From Malacoraja senta (taxonomy: Eukaryota): 52,464 bases of DNA. Each line of letters begins with the position of its first letter. Position 1 is the first letter of the stretch. Both the position numbers and the translations under genes were made by a program. The notes below the pieces were generated by a model. It worked only from the letters and a program-made list of their open reading frames with translations, was not told where the DNA came from and did not search any database. Below are positions 26,398 to 36,705 of this stretch, in pieces. Location of the stretch: positions 1,488,001-1,540,464 of the forward strand of contig JAXLNO010000385.1 in the NCBI GenBank assembly GCA_038087875.1, written 5' to 3'.

Positions 26398-26947
26398 GGT
26401 CATCAGGTCATCCGTGATAGGAATAGAATTAGGCCATTCGGCCCATCGACTACTCTGCCACTCAATCATTGCTGATCTATCTCTCCCTCCTAACTCCATT
26501 CTCCCGCCTTCTCCCCATAACCCCTGACCCCGTACTAATCAAATATCTTTCTACCTCTGCCTTCAAATATCCACTGACCTGGCCTCCACAGCCTTCTCTG
26601 GCAAAGAATTCCACAGATTCACCACCCTCTGACTGAAGAAATTTCTCCTCCTCTCCTTCCAACATGAACATCCTTTAATTCTGAGGCTACGCCCTCTAGT
26701 CCTCGACTCAACCACTAGTGGAAACATCTTCTCCACATCCACTCTATCAAAGCCTTTCACTATTCTGTACGTTTCAATGAGGTCCTGCCTCATACTTCTA
26801 ATCTCCAGCGAGTACAGGCCCAGTGCCGACAAACGCTCATCATAGGTTAACCTACTCATTCCTGGGATCATTCTTGTAAACCTCCTCTGGACCCTCTCCA
26901 GAGCCAGCATATCCTTCCTCAGATATGGTGTCCAAAATTGCACAAAT
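26398..26947 (-). mobile_element. CR1 LINE 3' fragment
   Basis: VQFWTPYLRKDMLALERVQRRFTRMIPG...FFSQRVVNLWNSLP (ORF 26563-26988), followed by the CR1-type 3' UTR (GGCCATTCGGCCC). Confidence 0.92.
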
Positions 26948-28826
26948 AGTGATGGGGACTCTGCTGTTTCCGCGGCCATGGGCGACACTACAGTACGATG
27001 TGTTGCCTATCTGGTGCCAGATCTGAGCGGACACAGGACATTGGGTACTTTTCATAATGGCAGGCAGTGACTAGCGGAGTGCCACAAGGCTCAGTGCTGG
27101 GACCCCAGTTATTGACAATAGATATTAACAATGTAGTCAAAGGAATTAAATGTAACATCTCCGTTTGTATATGACACAAAGCTGGGTGGCAGTGTGTGCT
27201 GCGAGGAGGATGCTATGAGGCTGCAGGTTGACGGATAGGTTGGGTGAGTGGGCAGATGCATGGAAGATTCAGTATAATGTGGATAAATGTGAGGTTATCC
27301 ACTTTGGTGGTAAGAACAAGAAGGCAGATGCAGCCGGCAGTGAAGAAAGCTATTGGCATTTTGGCCTTCATAGCAAGAGGATTTCAGTATAGTAGCAATG
27401 TTATAAAATTTTGAGATTTTAAAAATAAAGTCTGCAATTTATCCCATCAGATAAATCATAAAAAGAATTTTAATTTGACACCAAATTCACTTTCATATCT
27501 TCAGTATTAAAGAAGTTATGGCCATTTTCATACTCGGAAATTAGCATCTTGTTCCCTATTGCTTTTCCATTGACTTAACTCAAAAGCTGTGATCGAGGAC
27601 AGTTAAAAGCCCATAACTTTCTTAAAAATTAAGATAACTGAAAGAAATTTCCAGTTATTATAGATTGAAGCATTCTGAAACAAATATGAAACAATCTTAC
27701 TTAGAAGACATGAAAGTAAAGCATATAATTAGTTAGTTACCTAATTGTAGCTAATTACAAAATTCAATTACTAGATCTAAACATCTATCAATTTCTTAAG
27801 AATAGATTAACATTTTTAAATATCCTAAGTGTCCAAATAACATTCACACAAGAATTCACAATATAACATAATTTTTATATCTAATTTTCATGAATTTATA
27901 GGCCAAATGGAAGGAATTGAATGTTTAATACCTGTAAATTAATGCGCATTTAATTCATCTTGTGAGTGAGGATTTCTGGAACACGATCTTTTGGAACGTT
28001 CATTTGCGGTGAATTTAACCCCGTATTGGCATGAAAAATACTGCCATTAATTCGGGGAATAAAATCACTGTGTCGCATGAAAAAATGTGAATTAAAGGCT
28101 TCTTAAGAAGCACTTTTATACATTTAAAGAAACCCCTTTCGTTTACCTGTCCAAGTGTGAAATCCGTCCCCGTTATCGGCGTTGACGCTTCAGAAGCTGA
28201 TTTTAAAATGACTCTAGCGCTGACATTGACGATTTAATAAAAATAAAAAATACACAAATCGCCACTAGGAACGATTCATCAGCCAACGCTTGTACTCCAA
28301 CAAAATATTAACTAGGACAAGGGAGGAGAAACCCGCGTTTTAACCCCGCCCCCCCTTAAAGGCGCCAAAATCGCGCACACGGCCAGTGGCAGAATTACAG
28401 CGCGACTGAAGGTAAGTTTTGTAACATACCTAAGTATAGGAGCAAGGAGGTCCAACTGCAGTTGTACAGGGCAGGGCACTGGTGAGACCACACCTGGAGT
28501 ATTGTGTACAGATTTGGTCTCCCTAATTTCTGTAAGGACATTATTGCCATAGAGGTAATGCAGCGTAGGTTCACCAGCTTAATTCCCGGGATGGCGCGAC
28601 AGACATATGATGAAAGAATTGATCGACTGGGCTTATATCCACTGGCATTTAGAAGGATTAGAGGGGATCTTATAGATACATAAAAATTCTTAAGGGATTG
28701 GATAGTCTGGATACAGGAAAAATGTTCCCAATGTTGGAGGAGTCGCAGTTTAAGAATAAGGGGTAGGCCATTTAGGACTGAGATGAGGAAAGCTTTTTCC
28801 ACCCAAAGAGTTGTGAATCTGTGGAA
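26948..28826 (+). mobile_element. Collapsed CR1 LINE: ORF1 scrap fused to RT scraps and the C-terminus; interrupted by a TIR element and truncated by a DIRS end
   Basis: 26948-27042 reads GDS..CFRGHGRHYSTMCCLSGAR..RTQDI (ORF1 esterase-like). 27055-27330 reads WQAVTSGVPQGSVLGPQ..DTKLGG..KCEVIHFG. 28433-28826 is the C-terminus ending at VVNLWN. Confidence 0.85.
27393..28432. mobile_element. Non-autonomous DNA transposon (1040 bp) with TAG termini and a 7-bp TSD
   Basis: Left end TAGCAATGTTATAAAATTT versus reverse complement of the right end TAGGTATGTTACAAAACTT. AGTATAG is duplicated at 27386-27392 and 28433-28439. Removing the element restores the CR1 sequence. AT-rich, no coding similarity seen. 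Confidence 0.85.
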
Positions 28827-28888
28827 TTTTACTTCGGAGTCACGTGAGTGACTACGTGAAGAAGAGCCCGTCCAGCCGCACACGCGTC
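28827..28888 (+). mobile_element. Isolated left end of a second DIRS1-type element
   Basis: TTTTACTTCGGAGTCACGTGAGTGACTACGTGAAGAA..CCCGTC.AGCCGCACACGCGT is nearly identical to 30467-30524. Confidence 0.85.
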
Positions 28889-29191
28889 CAGAGACCTTTC
28901 ATTGCGCATTGTCGCCCATTTTATACGCAGTTTCCCTTTTTATTATTTTATAAAAGAAGCACCTTATTTATTATAAACAAAGATAATAATGGTCTAACAT
29001 AGAAGGCTAAGAGACCAAGATAAACTGCTAGATCCAATCGACCGACGTGGATTAAACTGAGAGACATAACGGGGATCGGGATCTTATTCCTAAAATGGTG
29101 GAAGTGACGTTCCGTTGCGTTCCGATACATACTACACGTCAGTCCATTGGATTTCGTAAGAGTGGTCTATCTTGCTCCTCTAGTATCTTTG
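28889..29191. mobile_element. P-family right-end fragment or small non-autonomous P-like element
   Basis: 29131-29191 (ACTACACGTCAGTCCATTGGATTT..GAGTGGTCTATCTTGCTCCTCTAGTATCTTTG) is homologous to the P right end at 38164-38225. Confidence 0.7.
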
Positions 29192-29374
29192 ACCAAAGAT
29201 CCTATAGCGGAGCAAGATGGACCGCTCCTGCGATAAACACGTAGTACGGTGATGGGCAGATTCATGGGTAATTATAGGACCCATTTCCGTAACCAGCTTC
29301 CGTCCATCTTGCTTCCGCCCAAAGATAGGATCTTTGCTTCCGCCTCCCTCCGCACTCGTATCTTTGCTTTGGCC

Positions 29375-30139
29375 ATGGTGCCCACGTCTACTGGTGTTGC
29401 ATTCTGCTCTGCAGTAAATTGTTCCAATCACCAATGTAGGCGACCCCACTTGTCTTTCTTCTGGTTCCCCATTAAGGAGGAAAGGTAAGAAAACATTTAT
29501 TACTTCTGTGGCATATTGAAAATGTTATTTAGCCTGTTCAAACTCTCAATATAGTTAGATCATAGAGCTCAGATAGTCGAGTCCTCATAGCAACATCCTT
29601 ATAAAAATCTTCTCTTTCTACCTCTGTCATTTAATGCAGAATAAGAACATAATTGTCTGTTTTATACTGACAATTGTATTAAGTCTGCCCGAACTCTCAC
29701 TATAGTTCAGATCTTAGAACTGGGTGCTCCCCTTTGTCCCAGGTATAGTCGAGGCCTCATAGCAACATCCTTGTACAACTCATCTCCTCAAGAGCATTTT
29801 CTTTCTACCTTTCTGTCATTTTAATGTAGAATAAGAACATATTGACTGCATGATATTTTCTGTAATTTCAGATGTCGACAGTGGGTCCAGAATACTCGTC
29901 GACATGATCTCCTACAGCGAACTGCGGAGTATTTGTCAAATAACTGCCGTCTTTGTTCTGAGAATTTTGATCTTGACCTGTTTTTCCACAAGCAGACCAA
30001 GAACAGGCTAAATTGGAATGCAGTTCCAACGCTCTTTGACATCACTAACCCACCGAAACATCTGTCTACCCAACGCAGGATACTGAAGAGGAAGAATGAG
30101 AACCTCCCATCTTCACCGAAGCTTCAAAGCAGCGAAGAG
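29375..30139 (+). pseudogene. THAP zinc-finger domain of the P transposase, exons 29375-29484 and 29872-~30139
   Basis: GCCATGG start; MVPTSTGVAFCSAVNCSN..LSFFWFPIKEE, then AG|GTAAG..TTTCAG|A (phase-2 intron), then RCRQWVQNTRRHDL..RLCSENF..AVPTLF. The C2CH His appears as Asn. Confidence 0.9.
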
Positions 30140-30675
30140 GCAAGTAATTTTTAAATTCACATTTATTTTCTCACTTATGCTGAATTACAATGCTGGATCC
30201 TAACTGATACAATTGTCAGTGGCACAATATGTAATAACATGTATGACACTTATATTTTCATGTGTGAGATGTTCTAGAACATTCCAGAGCAAACACCGGA
30301 TTGCCGCTCACCAACCCTGTGTCTCGGCGGCATGCGGCCACCATCAGACGTGGTGAGAGAGGAGCGGGCAAAGAGGGACCCTGAATGGGACCGGAGCAGC
30401 GGACAGCTGCAGTAAGCAACGCGTCCTGGGAGACAGTTTCATGCAAGATCATTATTTAACTTTCAATTTCACTTCGGAGTCACGTGAGTGACTACGTGAA
30501 GAACCCGTCAGCCCACATGCGCGTTTTATGTCTACTGCATGGCGCCACGACTGGCTGACAGGCGCGTCACTCCTGCCACCGGTAAAAGACCCACAGGTAC
30601 GTTCTAGAGCTTATTCTGAGGTCGTGTATTCGTTCAAACTTGTTTTGCAGAGTCGCTACAAGTTGAACGAGAAAT

Positions 30676-31850
30676 ATGGACAAAATGAAGACTAGACGGT
30701 CCGCGGGGAGATCCGCTACAGAAGACCGCGGGACCGCGGGTAGCGGCGGGCCGTCAACTTCACCACCCCAGCCGCTGATGATAATTCCAGTGACTGCAGA
30801 CTTGGTGTCTCTGCAGAGCACCGTGGCTACCCCGAGGGTGGGGAAAGCCAAGCAGATGTCTGCGAGGCCTATAGACTCAGATGAGTCAGGCCAGGAGGGT
30901 GCAACTCCCACTATGGATAGCATCGCCGGATGCCTGTCCCGAATGGAGCTCCTCATGGAGAGGATGCTCCAACATGATGCACTCCTTAGATTGGAGTTAT
31001 ATCAGCGCGGGTCTCCGAGAGAGCCCGCGGCAGCACCTGATACAGGGCTACTAGATGTCTCCCTCTCTGAGGAGGGGAGCCAACCATAGTCAGTTGTGGG
31101 CTGACTCAGAGTTCGGCAATATGTCCAGTGGGCATACTAAGATGCACAGGCAGTGAGGAACAGAGACACTCGCCATAGCATCGAAATCTGTGATGCCATC
31201 ACAAACTGGAGAGCCGCTCGAAGAAGAACTGGCGGCAAATATCAACTATCTGGTTTCACACCAGCTTCAAGATGAAGTAATGGTGGACACAGCCATGAGG
31301 CACCACACACCCATTAACTGCGCATCTTTAAATGTGCCGGCTGTCAACAGCTCAATATGCAATCATCTGGGTGGAGGCATAGGGAACCAGGATGTAAAAC
31401 TCCAGAAAATTCTGGGCCTGCTGGCTTCAGGCATCACGGCTTTTGCCACATCAATGAATGGAGTTCCGTTGTCGGAGGACCAACAATATGCGCTTGCTCT
31501 ACTATGCAATGCGCACTTCGAGATCAATTGCTACCGAAAGAATGCCATCCGGCCCACCCTCAATCCTAAATTTGCAGCATTATTTAAACACAGTCGCCGA
31601 ACTACCTATTTGGTGAAAACCTACCTAAACAGGTCAAAGACCTGGATGACGAGGCAAAAGCATTAGGGCTAATCCAGGCTTCATCAGCCAACAGAGTTTC
31701 GGCTTTCCGGCGGCAACATCCATATGCCTCGACCAGCAGCAATCGTTTCCCTGAAGCTGGTAGCAGCATGAAGTCGGACAATTATGAGTCAAAGTCTTTT
31801 TTAGGGCATGGCCAAGGCCGGCCCTCCTCCAAAATGTGCACCTGGAGCTC
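30676..31850 (+). pseudogene. DIRS gag-like ORF1 (broken)
   Basis: ORFs 30676-31089 and 31190-31666 directly follow the left ITR; PINCASLNVPAVN..DVKLQKI..ALALL..RKNAIRPTLNPKF resembles DIRS ORF1. Confidence 0.65.
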
Positions 31851-32024
31851 TACCCCCCAGAGCTCGGGGACGGAAATTCATTCCACGGAGTCGCCAATTA
31901 CCATGAAAGTAGGTGGATATGGTTTATTTTAGAACATAGGGTGTGCACCACTCACAAGTTAGGGAATTAGCTATTTTAAACCTTTGGCATTACAGTTGCA
32001 GGAGTCACCAGTTCCTTTACGGTA

Positions 32025-32689
32025 CAAGTACTAACCACCTAGAGTTAATGGGTGCACGCTATAGGTTAAGACTAATTGCGTGAATATGCATCAACTGCAT
32101 GTTCAACTTTAATTAACAACACCACAGCAGTGACTTATAGTTAATTACATGGGTGAATTAAGGCCATATGCTATGTTAATTGGCTACCTTATTTACACTG
32201 ATGAATTGCAAGGAATATCTGAATGTCCCCTACCTACCTGTCAGTTACACTCAATATAATGTTAGACACCGGGGTATGATAATTCAGTGATACATCAGAA
32301 TGGATACAATAATATGGTTACCAGTATGGACAACGGATATTGATTCGTCTGTGTACAGACTAAGTGTCCAGTTACTAAGCATGTTGCACGTATGCAAGGC
32401 CCATAGACAGAGGAGGTGGAGGTACTCCCGCAACTCCGGGGAAGGATGTGCTTTTATGCATTTCCCCCGTTCTGCCTTCATCAGTCAATGCTTGCTTATG
32501 GTCAGGCGAGACCTGCCTCAGGCTTCCTGGTAAACCCAGGCTGGCTGACATAGCCATGGTTCTCTATTCGGGGTATGATCAGCCTTTTATGGCCGTCCCC
32601 AAGGCAGTATCTGCATTCCACCCTGTAACAGAGGGAGGGGTAAAACATCCTCTCCATGACTAAATTAAATTATTGGTTCACAGAGTCTG
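32025..32689 (+). pseudogene. DIRS RNase H C-terminal part and methyltransferase-like domain remnants
   Basis: Manual translation across frameshifts: NHLELMGA, NNTTAVTY..MG, FSDTSEW, DIDSSVYRL, FYAFPPFCL, HPLHD*IKLLVHRV*. Confidence 0.75.
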
Positions 32690-32723
32690 AGAAGACCTTT
32701 CCTGGGGCTCGGATTGACTGACT

Positions 32724-33964
32724 GCAGCCTGGAGAGACAGTACGAAGAAACAATACGTTTCCCATATTAGGAAGTGGGACGAGTACTGTTCGCTAGCCAA
32801 TATATCATATGACTCAGCACACATAACCGATGTGTTAGAGTTTCTCTCCAAATTATTTTTTGAAAAGAATTTGAGTTATAGTGCTACTAACTGTGCCAGA
32901 AGTGCACTATCGGCGTATCTGGGGCCAAGATTGGGACAACAACCTGTTGGGTCCTTCCGGTCGAGAGCATCCTTACCAACTGCATCACAGTATGGTATGG
33001 CAACTGCTCTGTCTCCGACCGGAAAGCACTGCAATTGCCCAACGCATCACCGGTTCCTCACTCCCCTCCATTGAGTCTGTCCAAAGCAAGCGTTGTCTGC
33101 GAAGGGCGCTCAGCATCGTCAAGGACTGCTCTCACCCCAACCACAGACTGTTTACCCTCCTACCATCCGGGAGGCGCTACAGGTCTCTCGGTTGCTGGAC
33201 CAGCAGGTCCAGGAACAACTTCTTCCCTGCGGCGGTTTCAGTACTCAACACTGTACCTCGGTGACTGCCAATCACCCCCCCCCCCCGCCCGGACCCTCTA
33301 GTGTCCAGGTTCATGAAGGGCATCTCGAAGGCCCAGATATACGGACATATGGGATGTAGGCACAGTATTAACTCTGCTCCGCCGGTGGGCGCCGGCAACA
33401 TCCCTGTCCCTGGCCCAGCTCACATACAAAGTAGTGATGCTCATGGCGCTGGTGTAAGCGCAACGGGCCCAGTCGTTACACAATCTCCGACTGGACCGAA
33501 TGAACATATCTGCCAATAGCATAACGTTGTACGTGTATGACCTAGTTAAGCAAAGCAGGCCAGGTACATCCGGTCTCAAGCTGTGTTTTGCGGCTTACCC
33601 CTTGGACATCCGGCTATGTGTGGTAACACACCTACAACTTTATATTAAGGTCACTAAAAGCCTCAGGGGCTCGGAACTAGCATTATTTGTTAATTTTAAG
33701 AAACCTCATAATAAGGTTTCAGTTCAGACCATTTCCAGGTGGCTGAAACAGGTCCTGACATATGCAGGAGTTAATACTGATTATTTTAAATCTCACTCCA
33801 CCAGGGCGGCATCAACGTCAGCAGCGAGGACAATGGACGTCCCACTAGACCATATACTAGCAACCGCAGGATGGTCAGGAGAACGTACATTTCAGGCATT
33901 TTATAATAAACCTGTCACCAGACCAAGGGCTTTTGCCAACACCGTTTTAAGTTCTGTTACATAG
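32724..33964 (+). pseudogene. DIRS tyrosine recombinase (interrupted)
   Basis: AAWRDSTKKQY..LSYSATNCARSALS..VGS, insert, then PLVSRFMKGI..LMALV*AQRAQSL..FKSHSTRAASTS..AGWSGERTFQAFYNKP (R, HxxR, W, Y signature). Confidence 0.92.
32955..33292 (+). mobile_element. Rex1/Babar non-LTR retrotransposon 3' fragment inserted in the YR gene
   Basis: VESILTNCITVWYGNC..RITGSSLPSIE..IVKDCSHPNHRLFTLLPSGRRYRSL..NNFFPAAV. The YR frame resumes after it. Confidence 0.85.
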
Positions 33965-34133
33965 TTTCCCTGGATGAGAGGATCTACTATTATTATGATT
34001 TGTACATTAAAAACATCAGCATGTTTTCAAAAATTTGTCATGTCTGAATGCACTTATCTCTCATCCTTGGTCAACCTATACAGTTGCGTGGCTTGGACTT
34101 GTGTCCACGGCATGAAATCACAGAGCTTCGAAG

Positions 34134-34243
34134 TCTTCACGTAGTCACTCACGTGACTCTGAAGTGAAAGAGTAAGATTAAACGAGAACTTACCAGTTTG
34201 AAGTTTGATTATTTTATGAGGAGTTACGATGAGGGATTACGTG
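34134..34243 (+). other. DIRS internal complementary region (ICR)
   Basis: 34134-34169 is the reverse complement of 30467-30502 with 1 mismatch. 34171-34243 is the reverse complement of the right terminal extension with a few differences. Confidence 0.92.
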
Positions 34244-34598
34244 CCCTCCGCTCCCAATCCTCTCTCATAAAGGTCAGCTCGTAGTTCTAGTTTCTCGAAC
34301 CTTACTATATTCAGTTCATTAACCGTTATCTGTGATTTCACACCGCTGCTTTGAAGATTGACGCGCATGCGGGCTGACGGGTTCTTCACGTAATCCCTCA
34401 TCGTAACCCCTCATAAAATAAAGATCAAACTTCAAACTGGTAGGTTCTCGTTTAATCTTACTATTTTTGTAGCCTGAAATTGGGCATCACATTAATGAGA
34501 ATTACCAGTAGATGCTGATTTATTTACATGTATATGCCAAATCCATTTAATTTATATACCTCTTTTAACCCCTTTCTAACTTTTTTTTCCCTTGGCAG

Positions 34599-36705
34599 TG
34601 TCACACAACATACAGGCCGACCATTCTTACTGCTTAGTTGTGGACCAGATTCGTGAGAATGGAATTCAATTCACACCAGAAGTAAATCACAGAAGAGCTC
34701 TGAAGAATGAAATACAGCGTACTTTCCGCCTCAAGAAAAGGGTGCAACAGATGAAGAAATCAACGAAAAAGGGAACTACAGAAAGCAATGCAATTAGTGA
34801 CTTGATCGGAGGAGAATTTTTACAAGAACCAGCAAAGTCTTTCTTTGCATCACAATTGCGGAATCGTCAGGACGTAGAAGAGCAAGAGGAAGACGATGGA
34901 ATTATTCAGACAAGGTACTTGCCTTGTCCCTCTACCACCAGAGTCCCCGCGCAGATCAGTTGTGCCAGTGCATGTTCACACTTCCATCAATTTCATCCCT
35001 GCGTAGATGGTTGCGTAATGTCGAAGTAAGACCGGGATTTCCCCCTGAAACCTTGGAGCTTTTGAAGGACAGGGTAGCAGGAATGACAGAGAGGGATACA
35101 TTCTGAATCGTCACCTTTGATGAAATGAGTCTACATGCAGGCCTTTTCTGTGGTGAGTGCACAAGGGTGGACAAACTGCAAACATTACTCAATGAATGCT
35201 TACATAAGGTTTAGGCAATTGGACTACAGCCTAAGGCCATGATTTGTGACCAAGGCCCAAGCAATGTTTGACTCTACAACAAGTTGGGTGTGACAGAAAA
35301 TCATTCTTTCTTCATCCACGGAGAAGCCAAGATCTTTTGCCTGCATGACCCCCCAGACTTGCTAAAAACACGAGATCAAATTTAGAGAAGTATGTTTTTG
35401 AGGTCATTGGAGAGGATGGCAGAAAGAAACGTATCAAATGGGCACATATTCACGCATTTTTTGAAATTGTATCACAGTTGCACATTAGAATGGTCCATAA
35501 ACTGACCAGAGGCCACTTTGTTCTGAACAGCTTCTCTAAAATGAGAGTCAACAAAGCAGCGCAGGTGCTCAGCCATTCGGTAGCAGCAGGCGTGTAAACC
35601 TATTCATCTATTGGAAAGTTGCCTGGGGAGGGAGGCTGCTTATACTGCGGAGTTCATTGCAATGATAGACGGACTGTTTGATGCATTTAACAGCAGGTGT
35701 CTCAAGGCCAAAACAAATTTGAGGAGGCCCATGTCTGAAAACTCTGCGCATTGATCATTCTTTGAATCATGCTTGCCTGTACTGCAAAGATTTAATGTGC
35801 TGGGAGCAAAACATGTATTGTTTGTCAAAGGATGGCGGCTTGCAATTTCTTGCATTTCACAGCTGTGGCAGCACATAAAGGAAAATACAGGCGCTCGTTT
35901 CATGCTCACATCCAGGCTTAATGAGGATGTCGTTGAGAATTTATTCTCCACCATTCGGCGAAAGGGCGGATTCTGAGAAAACCCATCAGTGAAGTAGTTT
36001 CTCTGTGCTCTAGAATGGTCATGGTAGCTGAACTGATAAAGCCAGTTCTGAGTGGCTTTATCAATTCTGAGTGCAAACCGTTCCCCTGACAATACAAAAT
36101 TTATCTTGACACTGCAAACACTGACAAAGGACAGAGTCAAGAAACCATCTCCATCTCTCTCCCATACCAATAGGACACAACAGAACAATGTCGTTTGCAG
36201 CATGTCATTTGATCTCGCTGAAGAGAATAGACTGGGTTACATCGCAGGCCACATCTCTCGTAGAATCCTCACCTCACATGAACTGACCTCAACATGTTAC
36301 ACATGCAGAGAAGTTCTGCTACAACCTGATGCCACCTTAGTTGATCCTGCCCTCATATTCATGCACCATAAGGCATATGACACATCGACATCTGATTTCG
36401 GCTCCCTGATGGTGCCTTCTGAATACTTTGTCACGTTCTGTGGGGTGTGCGAGAAAGTGTTCTGCACAGAAGTTGACAATGTTAACATGAGCAGGAACAA
36501 CATTTCCCATCTAATAAATACAGCAATACACAATACTCAGGAATACAAGGACATGAACTTGTGCTGCCAGAGAATCAAGGCACGAATTGTAGCAATCTTT
36601 CTGAGTGTTCACATACGTTATGGACTCAAATTTAAGAATAGAAACCTGCAGGACTTGACCATTAAAAGGAAGTGTAGGAAAGTTCAAAAAGTGGCACATA
36701 AGTAA
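34599..36705 (+). pseudogene. P-element transposase core (pseudogenised)
   Basis: Acceptor TTTTTTTTCCCTTGGCAG. Then DHSY motif, coiled coil, LSLYHQSP..LPSISSLRRW, VTFDEMSL (35110-35133), MICDQG, DPPDLLK, KMRVNKAAQVLSHSVA, DGLFDAFNS, TSRLNEDVVENLFSTIR, LGYIAGHI..CYTC..GSLMVPS. Multiple stops, frameshifts and a deletion after DEMSL. Confidence 0.92.

Larger units (their letters stand above)
30467..34466 (+). mobile_element. DIRS1-type tyrosine-recombinase retrotransposon (RT deleted)
   Basis: ITRs 30493-30524 and 34361-34392 (31/32 match). ICR 34134-34243 is complementary to both the left end (30467-30502) and the right end (34387-34462). TTT at both termini. Gag-like, RNase H, MT-like and YR remnants in the expected order. 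Confidence 0.93.

Noticed and set aside
25867..26527. Pro/Ser/Leu-rich and Gly/Glu/Arg-rich ORFs
   Set aside because: Read-through of the GA-rich low-complexity tract joined to CR1 sequence.
33500..33964. Phage integrase or bacterial contamination
   Set aside because: The recombinase lies within DIRS ITR/ICR structure next to gag and RNase H remnants.
29375..36705. Host THAP9 or THAP12 gene
   Set aside because: Bounded by TIRs, riddled with stops and frameshifts, and interrupted by a DIRS element; it is a transposon copy.
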